Source of the DNA: Vicugna vicugna
Taxonomy: Eukaryota
DNA length: 64,000 nucleotides
Assembly: GCA_013265495.1 (NCBI GenBank)
Contig: MU058636.1
Span: 558,001-622,000, forward strand
Reading direction: 5' to 3'
Shown here: positions 10,165-23,400 of the stretch, piece after piece
How positions within the stretch are numbered: position 1 is the first letter of the stretch
Layout of the letters: every line of letters begins with the position of its first letter
Position numbers and translations under genes: made by a program
Notes under the pieces: generated by a model
What the model saw: only the letters and a program-made list of their open reading frames with translations
Told to the model about the DNA's origin: nothing
Databases searched by the model: none

Positions 10165-13114
10165 CCTCCATCACTTACAGGCGATGCCCCTGAGATCTGC
10201 CCCTGCCGCATTCTCCCCGCCGGGTCTCATCTGCTCTCCGAGGTGCTGTGGCTTCTTACGTGCTGATGAGGTCTGAGCTGGATCTCCCAAAGGTTAGATG
10301 TCTTCTATGTGCCGGACGCGGTGACCCAGCGCCTTCCCGGCTTCCCAGCTTGGGAGACACACGTGCACCCTGAGCCCAGCATGTGGGAGAGGGTCCTCAC
10401 CTTTCCCCAAACACCAACCCCACCCTCCCGTCTGTGTTCCTGCCTCTGTGCAGGGCTCCGCCGTCTTACCAGCTCACACAGCCAGGAACCACAGTCCTCC
10501 CCTCTCCAGTCTAGTCATCACTGAGCTTGGGGATTCTGCCTCTGAAACATGCAGGTCCCCGCCTTCCATCCTGCCTGGCTCCTCAGAATCTCTGTTTCTG
10601 GCTGCTGTGTCCCATCTGGCTTGGAATTGCCCCGGGCTGAAGAACTTTGCTCCCAACAGAATAAGCAGGTATCAAGGAGAACATACTGTTCGATCTTTTT
10701 TCCCCTTTAAAATAAATAAGACTATCAGGTCGTAGAAAAACTGGACTGGAAGTAATTTGTATCTGTGCATTTAATTTATTTACCTATAGAATCTTGGGTT
10801 GGCATGAAAGGCTTAAAAGCCGAGATACGCTCTTCAAATTGAACATGTGACGTTTTGTGGAGCAGCATGGTATTTATAGTGTGAAATACAGTTCTTGGTG
10901 TTTATTTGCTCAAATGTGTATGAAAGTGAAAAGTATACTGAACTATATTCCTAAACCAGAAATAAGTTAAATAATTTACTGAGGTAGTGAGTATTTTTCC
11001 TTCTGTGGTGTATTTCTTAGACCTTAGAAATGTTGTAACAGTGACACGCTTGTTTTGTGAATTTGGAGAGTAAGAATTAACTGCATTTAACTTTAAAGAG
11101 GAAAAATGAGCTGCATTCTCAGAGCTTTCAAACAGAATGGGAAAGTGCTGGCGTGCTGGCTGCCGGGATCTCATCTACGCAGCAAGGAGGTCGAGCCTTA
11201 CCGCACCGATCCGGGTTCTTCGGCTCTAAAATTCTACCCACGGACCTGTCATCTAATCAGTAACAGCAGTTTTTTAAAAACCTCTGTGGTCAGTTCACTA
11301 CGCTTATTATGAGTTTTTATTCTGAACCTTCAGAATTTGGTCCTAGCATTTGGAGTCTGAGCATCTGGGTGCACCTGAGCGGGGCCCCACGTGGACGTGT
11401 AGGAGTTCAGAATGGAAGGACGATTTTACAAGGATAAGTGTGAATTGTCTTATTGTCAGAATGCTGTTTAAGGCGTGAGAAGCGGCTGGTGACAGGATGA
11501 TGAGGTCTTGCAGTCCTGCAGTTCCAGTGAACCACACACAGAAGGAAATAAGCTGCCAACTGGCCCGTTATGGAACTGCAGCCCTCCCCAAGGATGATAG
11601 AAAGGAACACGTGCTTCCAGGCGGTGGGCAGGGCTGTTGGCTTCCTGTAAGCAGCTGCTCGCTCCTTCCGTGGACGGCCACCAAGTGCTTGGAGGTTATA
11701 AATAAGCAATCACTGGAACCCCTCCAGAGAGACCCAGCAGAAGGTGGGTGACTCCTGGCATTCTCCCTCTGGCGTGCTGTTGGAATTCTGATGCCACATC
11801 CCATGTGTCTGCACGTGTCCAGAGATCCTGCACAGGGATGAGGCATCCCAGACCAGGGGGTGGCAGGGGCGGTTGGTCTGCAGCAAACATTTGTCAGGCA
11901 GTTGCCAGCCAGGCGCGCCCTTGCCCGTGACACACGCTAATTCTAATCCCCGTGGCAGCCTCACAGCCATCAAGGTACCCAGAGCCCCGCCCGGGGGATG
12001 CCATCTTTTATAGGGGCCCCAACTTGGACTCTGTGCTGCCTCGGCCCAGATGTGAAGTGCAGCCTCTTTTTATGACCAACTTGAAGGGGCAAGGACGGGG
12101 GTGTTAACAGACCCAGCCCCGCCGCCCTGCTCACCTGAGAAAGCAAAGGAACAGCCTAGAAACACACATCTTGGGAGGAGCACGGAGGAAAGATGGTGCC
12201 CCTCCTCACGGTGGGGAAGGTCAGCAATTAGCATGGTTGGCGGAACATGTGGCGAAGTTTTCCCGTGACCGGGTCCTCTGGCGGAGCCCTGCTGGGAGCA
12301 ACAGCTGTAGGCTTGGCAGTCGTGAGGTCTTCTAAGAGGATTTTGATGAAGTCTCTTATGTTACTTTCAGTGACAGTGCTTGTTTGCCTCCCCCAAGCCA
12401 GCGCGCTGCTGGGCACTGCGGACAAGGGATGGTCTAGGCACGGAAACACATGCAGTCCTCTGCTTTTTACTGTTACCTTTTTCAAATTAAAATAAGCTAC
12501 CCTCTCCATCCACGTTGAGGTCCCTCCAGGCACCCCTGGCCTCTATTTCCCGTTTGTAAAGTGGGAGTGATGCTAAGTCCCCTGGGTCCTAGAAGTTACC
12601 AAAATAACAGGTGTGGAGGGTCCCGTGCAGTATGTGCGTGAAAGGTGCTGCACACGTCCAGGTCGGAGCCCTTTGTGATGGCTTTGATCCTCACCTTTCT
12701 GGAGAGAGAGAGTTGAACAATTTAAATCCTTTCTGGCTTTATTTTTCTAAGAATATCATCTAGATAGGATGATGTAATTCTAGCATTTTCTGTGAAGTTG
12801 TTCTCTGGCTGCAGAAGACATTCCAGAAAATGACAGTACAGTGTCTGGCTTTAATTGATGGATTCATGTCATTGTCAAGGGGCACCTCTCTTCCAGATAG
12901 CTGGTAAGGAGAGAAACTAGCCAGTAAGCAGCCCTTCAGCTCTCTTTCCCTTGTCTTTGCAAGAATCCCGTGGGTTGATCGTGTCCATGGTGTACATCCT
13001 CAAACTCTCCCTACTCCTCCCCGGCTGCCTCCTGGGCCCCCCACTCCCAGAGGAGAGTAAGGAAGGCTTGACGAGAGGAACTGAGCTACGGACAGTAGAC
13101 CGTAGTTAACCTCC

Positions 13115-13570
13115 AAGTTCCCTTCCTGGGGACGCTGTAAGAAAGCACCACGCCCTGGGCAGCTTGAGCAGCGGACGTGTGCTGTCTCCCAGTCTGGAGG
13201 CTACACGTCTGGGGTCAGGGTGCGGGCAGGGCTGGCTCCTCGTGAGGCTGTGGGGGAGGACCTGTCCCAGACCTCTCTCTCCTTGCTCCGGGTGGTTTGG
13301 GGTCGTGTTTGGCATTCCTTCAGCTGGAGAGGCATCACCCCCATTCTGCCCTCGTTTTCATAGGGTGTCCTCCCCGTGCCCGTGTCCGTGTCCACATTTC
13401 CCCTTTTTTAAGGACGCCAGTCATTTTGGATTCAGGTCCCATCCCAATTACCTCACATTAACTAATTATACCCACAATGGCCCTGGTTCCGAACGAGGCC
13501 CCGTTCTGCGGCACTGGTGGTGGAGGACTTAACGTAACAATCTGGGAGGGACACGAGTCAACCTGTAACA
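13115..13570 (-). mobile_element. MaLR solo LTR (MLT1C-like)
   Basis: gctgtaagaaagcaccacgccctgggcagcttgagcagc...cagtctggaggctac...taaggacgccagtcattttggatt...gggacacgagtcaacctgtaaca follows the recalled MLT1 antisense layout. Confidence 0.8.
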
Positions 13571-14749
13571 GCATCTCAAGTTGATTTTCCATTGCGATGT
13601 TTTTGGTTCCCACTGTGTGTAATTCTCATTGAGAACTAACCAGGTAGAAAGATTGGCGTGTGCTTTATTTATTTATTTATTTGCACGTGGGGTTGTATTT
13701 CTATGTCGTATTTGGGGAATAACAAGGATTTTAAAATATTCGCAGTTTTTACTGAATTCAGGTAAAAAATCATTTAGTGGGTCTCCTTTCTGTCAGACGC
13801 TGAGCTCCATGCTGAGAATATGAAAGTGAAATGTTTAGTCATTGTTCTTTAAGACTTGGTGAAGGAAACAACGTGGGGTAAATATGTTGTGTGTAAGGAA
13901 TGAATACAGAGCAAATTTCTTCAAACTGCAGAAGAACAGTGTTGTGAGCTATGGGGTGCAGGGGCAAGGAGACTGTGGGGACTTCTTAAGAATAACAGTG
14001 CCTCCCCTCAGCAAGACCTGGAGGAAAATAGAGATCGTCTCCAGGATTCTGGGGCAGGACGGCGTCTTGGTAGGAGAATGTCCTAGGGCCCGAGAGCTGG
14101 AGTGAAGTCAGGGGAGGGGGCGGCATGGAAGAGAAGGGGGAGGAGTCAGGAGCTCAGGACAGAAAGCTTGGGGCAAGGAAAGAGATGCCTTATCGTCCAA
14201 GAAGTAAATGAAAATAATGCGGGTGTGATGTGGGTGCATTTTTAAGTACAGGAAGAGTTGAGAGTTGGAGATTTCAGGCCACAGTTCTCAAGTGTTACAG
14301 GAAATTTTCCATGGTTAAGTCATCTTTCTGGAGGGCGTCGTTTTGCTGTTAACGCTCTGTGATGGCGTCAGCTTGACGTTTTGCTCTGGTCCGGGTGCTA
14401 AACGAGACGCGAAGACCCTCCACCATCTAACTCCTCTCTGTGTCAGCTCTCGTTCGCTCACTCTGCTCTGTCGTATTTGTTCCTGGAACGTTCCAGGCTC
14501 TCTCCAGCCTCTGGGGCCTTGCAAACAGGGCCTTCGGTTCCTTCCAATCACAGCCCACCTCCCCGGTCAGCTGATCAGCTCACACTTAGCCTCTGAGCTT
14601 CCGCTGAAAGTGGCTCATTCAGGAGGGTCCTTCCTGACCCTTCCTCCTGCCCCTGCCCCCAGTGCCACCCACCCCAGGGCAGCCCGTTGTCCAGTGTACC
14701 ACTTTCCAGGACCTTAACATTCACTCAACACCTTTCTTTTCCAACGGGT

Positions 14750-14867
14750 GGGAGGCTCTAGAGGGTGTGATCCATGTCCCCACTGAGCCCACTGTATCTC
14801 CAGTATCTAATACTGTGTCTGGCAGATTGTGAGTGTTCAATGGATGTTTTGCTAAATGAATGAATGA
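14750..14867 (+). mobile_element. L2 3' end
   Basis: cactgtatctccagtatctaatactgtgtctggcagattgtgagtgttcaatggatgttttgctaaatgaatgaatga, with the (tgaa)n L2 tail. Confidence 0.7.
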
Positions 14868-17800
14868 GAAAGACATAAATTGATGGATCATGTCTCAAAA
14901 AAAAGCTTCAAGTCTGAAAATAAAAATAAATTTAGCAGTCACAAAAAGCTAAATTTTAAATTATTGCAGAATTAATACAGTTTTATTTAATTAACTGTCA
15001 GAAGTGTTTGGAAGAACAAGCGAAAGAACTGAAAAGTGGTGGTAACACACCTCGACTCCAGAGAGCCACAAGGTCCCGGCGTGGATGGGTGAGGGGCGTC
15101 CCCGGAGTCTCCTGGGCCTCCCTCTCCTCTGCTCGTTTTGTTTCCTGCCGCTCCTGACCGTCTCCACTCTCTCATCTTCTTGCCTTCCCAGTGTCTCAGG
15201 GACACAGTCTGTTCTGATACAAGTGTGTGAATTCAGTGCTGGTCCCGCCACCTCCACCCCACGGCGGTCTCTGTGCTCAGGAACCTCCCCGCATGGTGTT
15301 TTCACCTCCCGTACTGCTCAACACCCAACAAAAAGCATTTCCTACAACAGTTGAGATTCTGCATCTTATCACTTTTATTGGACAAAATGTAATGGCTTCT
15401 GCATTTCAGAAGTGAGTTCAGTGTTTGGTTTTTCTCTTTAAAATAAATCAGATTTGACTTTGGTGGGAGGTGAATCATATTGAGTCCCCAGAGAGGCTGG
15501 TAGCTGTCTGGGTCAGCGGTCTGAACTTTTTCTTTTATCATAATGCCAGTTAGGGTTCTCCAGCTGTGGGGCTGCTCATGGGCCAGCAGGGCTGGGAGAG
15601 AAACAGTACGATACACGCTGTGGTGAATGAGTTCATGCTGGGGAGACACCTCCTTGCCACTCAAAGATCTAAAGGGTCTGAATATTCACAAGGTCTTATC
15701 GAAGCCGCTCCCTGGTTATTAGTTCTTCACGTTAAGTTATGTACATCCTCAGAGTTTCATGGTATATCCAGGCTGAGTAAGGGTGAACCTTTTAAAAAAG
15801 AACTGGCACGTTGAGTTTCCGGAAGATGCCTGTTCGTTCTCCTCTGAGGTCCCCTCGCAGGACAGGTCCGTGCTTCCCTGCGCCGCCAGCATCCCAGGCT
15901 GCACGGCCAGAGCCCAGACTCGGCGGCCATCCCTGCGCCTCCAGAACTGTGTTCGGTTTAGCTTCATGTTCGTACCGTTTCCCTTCATCTTCCGTTGACG
16001 CGGACTGCTCTGAAAGGGGCACACCCACGTTTGGTATCACTGCCTTCATTTTTCATACATCTTGGCTTCGGTTACGGTGCTTTTAATATTCATGAAGTTT
16101 GAAAAAATAAACATCCCCGACGATTTCCTGGGAAGGGAAATGTTACGGTTTCAAGCCCCAGAGAAAACAACTGGTGAGTTCTGCAAAGCTGCGTTTTTCT
16201 CCCTGTCCGTTGGGAGGGAGCTCCAGCTGGGCAGTCACGGCTTCCTTGACACGTTTGGACTGCCCAGAGCAGACGGCTGGGGGCCGGATGGAGGCAGAGG
16301 CAGAGTCAGCCGACATGCATGTTTAAGGACTCCCTTTGGAATAATGGAATCTAGAATCCTTTCAGTTGATTCAAAATTATGTAATTGAAGAATGTAGAAG
16401 TATTCATTCCGTTTCCTTCTCTGTGTTCCAAAGGAAATTGTCAACACTGTTTCTCAGTCCTCTCTCCTTATTCTCCTCTAAGCCTCCGCTGATAGTTCCG
16501 CTCTGAAATTAGCTCCACCAGTCCCCGTAACTATCTACAGGAATACACGGCAAGAATTTCCTGCAAATGTAAAAGCCGACCTTTTAAGAAAAATAAAAAG
16601 ATGACTCCAAATAGTTAGAAGGAAACGGATGTCAGAAGTGGTTTTTCACTAACGCTTCAACAAAAGATAAAATTAAAAGAAAACTGTATCACCTGTTGAA
16701 AGATGTGACCCAAAACAGAACGCTGTCCTAGGTTTCCTGTGCTGAAGTCCACTCCGTGGGTCAGCCGTTCTGTGGACGCTCGACCACGTGCCCAGGGGAT
16801 GTTCCCAAGGTCACCAGTTCTCTTCCAGCTGCCCTGGCTCGTCCTCGATCAGAGGACGGTCCCACGTCCCACACCAGTGACTGAGCTGTCACACACACCC
16901 CTTCAGTTTCATGTTTCTCCTTCTCAGAACTCCTCTGCATCCTCACTCTCTTTCTCAGGAACAGTGTGACTTCCCTGTATGCTCCAGGCTGCCTGCCTCT
17001 TCCCTAGGTCAGACTCTGTATCTCCATGGCCGACTCAAATGCCATTAACAACCTCTTTCGTTCCGACCGCTTCCCGCTAAGGATGCTAAAAGGGCGCAGA
17101 TTTGGATGGCCAGCCTCTTCGTAGCCGTAAGTGGCCGCGTGAGTCACAGTCAGCCGGTGGTTACTAGGGCAGTTGGCCAGGGGCTTCCAGCGTGAGTGGA
17201 CCTGGGTGGGCTACCTCCACTTCCTCCCTCAAGGCAGATGGTGTGTCCAGTGTTACAGCTGCCATCCTGGGACCATGAGGCCACAGGCAGGAGGCGAGAA
17301 GAAGGCCAACACTGCGGGCAGTGGTGCTGCAGGAGTGGAAGAGCCTGGGTACTCGAGAGCATGGAGGAGCCAAGACCTACCTCCAGAAACACTGGGGGAG
17401 AAAAATCAAAATCAGCCACCGTTAGTTGAGTTTTTAGTTACCCACAGCAAACGCAACCTGACTGACACTCCCTTGCCAAGCAGAACTCATATAAAGCCCA
17501 TACCTAATCCTGGGACTTCCTGCCCATTTTTAATTTGTCTTGACTGGCTATTTTGCTGCCGTGACTCCCCGAGCATCCCCCTGGCCCGTGCCCCCCTCCT
17601 CATGAGGCAGTCTCTTCTTCACCCCGAGGCTTGTTGAAGGAGGAGTCCCCACTCCCTCCCCGGCTCCTTCCTACCCCTTCCCTCCCTGCGCTGGACTGAC
17701 GCCTCACCACGTCACTCTTCTCTCAGCTCACAGCTGTCTTTCTAGTCTCTGTAGCCCCAGGAGAAGCAAAGGTCTTCGTCTTCCGCTCCCCAGTCTCTCT

Positions 17801-18480
17801 GCAGGACATGGTACCACTCTCTCCTCCCGCTGTCTTGACCGTCCCCTCCAGCCCTCCAGTCTTACTGCGCCTCTTTCCTCTGCCCCACAAAGGAAAATAA
17901 ACAGAAAATTCTCCCCTTAGGTTAGCTCAGCTTCCGCTGAATCTGCTCGGGCAAAGGTCAAGCTGGAAGGCTTGCACCTGGTGGCCCTTGGCTTCGAAGA
18001 CCTTAGGCCTTCTTCTGCCTGATTTTCATATGCTTGTGAGCCATGGGAGGCGTCATTAAAACTGCCAGGGAGCCAAAGTCAGCACACAAAGGAACTGTTT
18101 TGATGCTTCCAAAGCCCAGGCAAACAGAATCTGGATTATCCAGTCAGGTCTGCTTAGAGGATTTGTCTTGGGTGTTTAGATTGCTCACAGTCTGCTAGGG
18201 AGGTCACTCACGGGCTTAGACCTGAAGGGAACCGTATTTAGTGTCCCCCAAATTTCACTTCATCGGCTCCCTTGGGTTTCCCATCCCCAGTGCATCACTG
18301 TGAGCTGCACGTGAACTTTCACCCCAACTTCTGTTTACTCACCTTCTCCTTCCGCTGATACTGGATTGCGTGGCACGGCCAGCCCAGTTTTTCCACCTGG
18401 CTTGGCAGTCATGTTCTTGGATCCCTTTCCTACTTTTTCGCTGATGGTCTTTGGCTTAAGAAGATGCAGGGAGGCCTGAG

Positions 18481-18725
18481 AGGCGGTGTGGTGCACGGTT
18501 CAGAGTGCAGGGTCTCTCAGCTGGATGGCTTGTCGTCCCTGCGGCCTTAGACGAGTCACCGCCTCTCTTGATGTCTTGTAGGGTCACCGCAAGAGGGAGC
18601 CAGGATGGTGGAAGCTGCGCCAACATCGCAGACTTTACTGCATTCAGTCAATAAAGAATTCGTGTCATAGTGCTTAGGATGATGCCCAGCTCAGGGCAAG
18701 TGTTCAGTAAGTGACAGTAGTTGTC
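18481..18725 (+). mobile_element. MIR-like fossil
   Basis: Starts aggcggtgtggtgcacggttcagagtgcaggg and ends atagtgcttaggatgatgcccagctcagggcaagtgttcagtaagtgacag. Confidence 0.45.
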
Positions 18726-20602
18726 GTGATTGTCCCAGGACACTGGCAGGCACATCCCAGTCAGCATCAGCCAGTGGACCGGGGAGGACTGTGTACCTAG
18801 GCCTCCCACAGTTCGGCACTGTGAGCTAGCCCACCCTGAGAGGGCCTCAGGGTCACAGGAGAGGCTCCACATGTGGCCGCACACCAGCTGAGGTCAGTAG
18901 AACATCTGTGCAGACTTCCCAGCAGTCTTCTGTGTGACAAGGACACCTGCAGACGTTCAGCTGCTGGAGCCAGTTGGTCGCTACCTGACGGGGCACGCCC
19001 CCTGAAGACAGCGCCCAGAGTCAGGTCTCCCGGGGGAATCACTGTCAGGATCGTGGTCCTGGCCATACCTCCAGGCCAGCGGCCATGTCTCCTCAGGCTG
19101 GGGCCGTCTGGCCTGAGAGTGACCACTGTCAGCCCCTCATAGAAGGTCGCTCCTCAGTCATCAGCTCAGAGTGGACCCACATGCCAAGGGCCTGACCTGA
19201 CGCAAGTGCTGGAAAGCCACCCAAGGGGAAAGGGTCATCTGACACCGACTGAAACCCCTTGGGAATCTGGACGCCGGCGCTCAGCGCCTGCTGCCAAAGG
19301 CTGAGGAGGAGGCGCCACCTGGACGGCGCTGGGCTGCTGGACTCTAACTTCCTTTCCGGACGCTGATGCCCCCACGGAGCAGGCAGGTTGGAACCTATAG
19401 TCTGTGTGGACAGCCTGTGTAAAAGGGGCCCCCCCATTGTCTCCAGTGACTCTGTTAATAAGTGGCCACCTAGGACGTGCCAACTACTGGGGACACAGGG
19501 GTGTAGGAAACACATCTCCACCCTCAGGAGGCTTTCCATCTAACAAAGAAGGCGAAGACACAGGTCAGCATCACTGAGCATAGTGCAGAATGACAAGGCA
19601 CGGCGCAAAGAGCGTGCACCCTGGGGTCTGCAGACCTGGATGGATGGCGGCTCTCTCCTCTGGCCGGCGCTGCAACCTGAGATGGAACCACACCTTCCAC
19701 GTCTCGGAAACAGAGGGTAACACTGCAGGTGGACATTTAGGAGTGTGCGACAAATGGTAGTCATGCAAAAATAGTAGCAACAGAACCGTTACCCTTACAG
19801 AGGCATACAGAGCAGGGAGGCGTGTAACTCTATCTGGAGAAGCCGAGGGGATGGTCCTTGTATCGAATCCTGAAGAAGGAAGAGGAATTCTCACAGAACA
19901 ACACCAGAGCGGGGTGCTGTCAGCCAAGCAAAGAGCAACATGGGCAAAGGCCAAAAAAAAAAAAAAAGAAAAAGAAGGCAAAGAAAAACCTTGAGGATTT
20001 GGAGAAGTGTAGACAGCTCGGTGTGGCCAGGGTTCACAGGGCTGGGGATGGAAGGCCAAGGGCAGAGTCTGGAATGAAAGACCACGAATGACCTCAGAGA
20101 CCTTTCCAGAGAGTTAGATTTTGCCAAGTTTTGCAACTCAGAGTCCCAGTGCCAAGTACTATCCTGGGCGATGTGTCTGTGTACCCGGGTGCCCAGCCAC
20201 CACCCCGCAAGGATCAGAAAGCCCCGTTTTACAGATGTGTCCTCCTGGACTCAAGAAGCTCATTCCTTAAGCATTGAACTCACCATATGAATTTAGGGGG
20301 AGGTGGGCAGGCTGCCCACCTGAAGGACACGTTGTCTTATTTAATATTTTATGTTACATTGTGTTGCTTTATTTTTTTGTTGTTTCATCTCTACGTATGA
20401 TTCCACCTTGGATGCATTTGGAACAAAGCAATACCATAAATAAAATACGTTGTCTTCATGGCTGAGCAAGCTTGAAGTTGGGGCCACCTTCCCCAGCCGG
20501 GCTGCTGACGGGGGAAGTGGCGGCATACTTCACCGACGGAGGGCTGTGCCCCGGCGCGGAGATTGGCGTTTACTCTGGGTCGTGTCGTTCTCTCCAGAGG
20601 GA

Positions 20603-20729
20603 GGGGGAGGGTAGAGCTCGGCCACAGAGCGCATGCTTAGCGTGCACGTGGACCTGGGTTCCATCCCCGGTACCTCCTATACAAATAAATAAATGAACCA
20701 GAAAACAAATAAACAAAAACCAAATAAAT
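20603..20729 (+). mobile_element. Vic-1-type tRNA-Ala-derived SINE
   Basis: ggggagggtagagctcggccacagagcgcatgcttagcgtgcacgtggacctgggttccatccccggtacctcc followed by an aaataaataaat tail. Confidence 0.85.
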
Positions 20730-21999
20730 CAAGCATTTATTAAGTTGTTGAGAACGGCACACTCTATTTTAACTTTTTACGATAAGCATTACACTTCAGC
20801 CCAGAATAAGACAACATGGGACATTTGGTTGAGGTTGAAGCTATAGATTTCACGAAATTTTGCATGTCACCCAGAACACCAACCAACTTTAGAGGGACCC
20901 TCCTCAGTTAAAATGTTGGAGAAGTACGTGCTTGCTCGACCCTGGGAACTGGGGAAGGTCAGGCACCTGGGGGCCCCGCACTCTGTGATCTGACTGATGA
21001 ACCCCAAGCCCTCAGAATGCTCAGCGCACGTTTATTTTGGACAGGCTCTAAACAGGTGTTTCCTCTGTGTCGCACATGGTTTAAACCAGAGCCTCACCGC
21101 GTCCAGCGTGTTCAGCTGGGACCCCAAGGCTGTGCCGGTGCTCACGGCGGACTGGCCAGTTCCCACGCTGGCCAGCAGCGGGCCGAGAACAGATGTGGGG
21201 GATTATCGGGGAGGCGGTGGGCCTGCGTGTCTGCGGAAGTAATTCATTCTGGAGACACAGACGGGCCCTGCTGAACCTTCAGTGAGAAGTTCTAGGAAAT
21301 GAGCCTCGGTGGACCAGCGTGTCAGGACTCCAAACAAATGTTTTCCTGGTGTCCTTTAATTGAAAGAAAAATAGTAAATCATCATCTTTAAATCAAGCTG
21401 AATGGAAAAGGGAAGGAACCCTAATCCCACAGACAGTCGTTTAAGTTCTAATCTGTGAATGAATTGGTGGGATCGTGACAGTGGCGTGTCAGCGTGGAAC
21501 CCCCTGATTGATTTCGTGGTGAACCACTGGGAGCCAGTTCGCAGTGCACTGGGAGGCTGGCTGCCCACCCCGACCCGGCTTCTGACCCTCCTTTAGGGCT
21601 GGGCTTCATCATCCCCAGTATAATGCAGAGCTGTTTCTTCCTGGCCATTGCCGGCCATCCCCGAGTTCTTCTTTCTAACTGCTCCACCAGTGGTGTCATT
21701 GCCTGACCCTCAGCCCACTTTCCAAGACACTGTGTTCAAGGTCCATGGCGTAGAATGCTGTAGGTCGTGACCATTTTCACATCTGCTCAGCGGACCACCT
21801 GTGACCCTCAGTCCCTTCCAGGCACTGCTCTGCAGAAAGCTAACGGGAAAACCACTACCTTAAGCGCTTCTGGGTGGCGTTCCGTGGGTTTCTCGTACAA
21901 ACCAATTGTGTTGGTCGGTACGTTTCAATAACTGTTACTGGTTTTAAAATGAAGTATTTAAAGATCCACAGAGAAAGGGGTGATCTTGGAATCATCCTG

Positions 22000-22101
22000 G
22001 GGGCTGTGGGGTATAGCTCAGGGGCAGAGTATATGCTTAGCCTGTGTGAGGTCCTGGGTTCAATCCCCGGTACCTCCATGTAAAAAAACAAAGAACAAAA
22101 A
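22000..22101 (+). mobile_element. Vic-1-type SINE with TSD
   Basis: gggtatagctcaggggcagagtatatgcttagcctgtgtgaggtcctgggttcaatccccggtacctcca plus A-tail. TSD is gaatcatcctg (21989-21999) / gaatcatcttg (22102-22112). Confidence 0.88.
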
Positions 22102-22199
22102 GAATCATCTTGACCAGTAAAGGTCACTGAAGACAAATTAGAAATATGGCCAAATATTTAAATAGGAGTTCTAAGAGGAACAGAATTCAAAAAACGTGT

Positions 22200-23400
22200 T
22201 TTTCAGATTTTTCTCTCCCATTGATTCCATGGCCAACTTATTTATAGTCTGTGAAGGATTTCATTAGAAAGAACAACAAAGATGGACATTCAACTATTAC
22301 TGCCTTACAGTTGATTTGAAATTTTTTGGCTTTTTCTGAGAATGTAGTACATACTTTGCTTTTTCTAGGGATAAACATATAAATATTTGTGCTTGGGAGA
22401 GAGCATATTGTTAATACGGAGAACGAAAGACTAATAATAGCTTACTAATAAGTGTTTTTAAGGAAAAAAGATAAGGAGGCATAAAATTGTATATCACTGG
22501 CATTAAACAGTAAGATAAGTTTACAAGAGTAAGCAAGGGAAAACATGGGGGACCCTCGCTGTAGAAAGTCTATGATTCAAAATCTCAAATGCATCCGTAG
22601 AGTTCATTCATGCATTCAGCTAGGATTATTTTTGTAACAGCAACTCTAAGTAACCTCATTACTTTTGTTTTTGAAAAGATGGGAAAGAAGGCTGATTATT
22701 GTGCTTCTCCTCTGAAAACATCATCAAGTCTCCAAAATTAATAGAAATGTAAGAAGACAGTTCTCTAAAAGCAAAAGAAATCCCTCAGGGCCTTCAACAA
22801 TATGGAGGGAAAGAAAGACGAGACGAGAAAAGAAGGTCTGTTGTGAAGAGCCAGTGCCATCACACGTGACTTACACACCAAGCCCACTGTAACAGGCGAG
22901 TCTGCCGCGGGGGAGCAGGCTCTCTGCAGCAGTTTCAGTCCGAAGCATTCACGTGCCATTGTATCTAAGAATTTTTAAACTTGGGAAGCTGTACTGAAAA
23001 GATAAATTGAAATATATGGGAAAAGGAAATGGAGCTGAAGTGTTTCTTTTAGACTATGAGGGAAAAAATGGGATCTGTCTTATGTGAATTTTCAACAGTG
23101 ACCTGGTCGAGAAAGTCCAAAGTACATTAATTAAATTTGCAGAGCCAAAAAAAGGTGAAGCCCCGGGAGGTTAGATGTAAAAACCACAGATGGACTGAGA
23201 GAGATGAGAGGAAGTGGACAGACTCTGACGACATGGTACTCAGCTGAGAAGTATGCATGCAGATACAACGGGGAATACTCGCCAAAGACAGATAGCTGGT
23301 TTAAAGGAAAAGTTAATAAAATGTTGAGGCTGAAAAACTCTACAGACCAAAGCCAGGAAATTACATCGTTATGGATCCCGCAGTAACTGTAAATTCACCC
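22200..23400 (+). mobile_element. Ancient CR1/L3 LINE fossil (reverse transcriptase region)
   Basis: 23071-23082 reads GSVL and 23091-23144 reads FNSDLVEKVQSTLIKFAE, like the CR1 RT motif GSVLGP..FINDL...STLIKFADD. Near 22652, NLITFVFEK resembles NLISFF(D/E). Boundaries are uncertain. Confidence 0.6.

Noticed and set aside
22580..22610. hAT dimerisation-like peptide ISNASVEFI
   Set aside because: Too short, and it lies in a region better explained as a CR1/L3 fossil.
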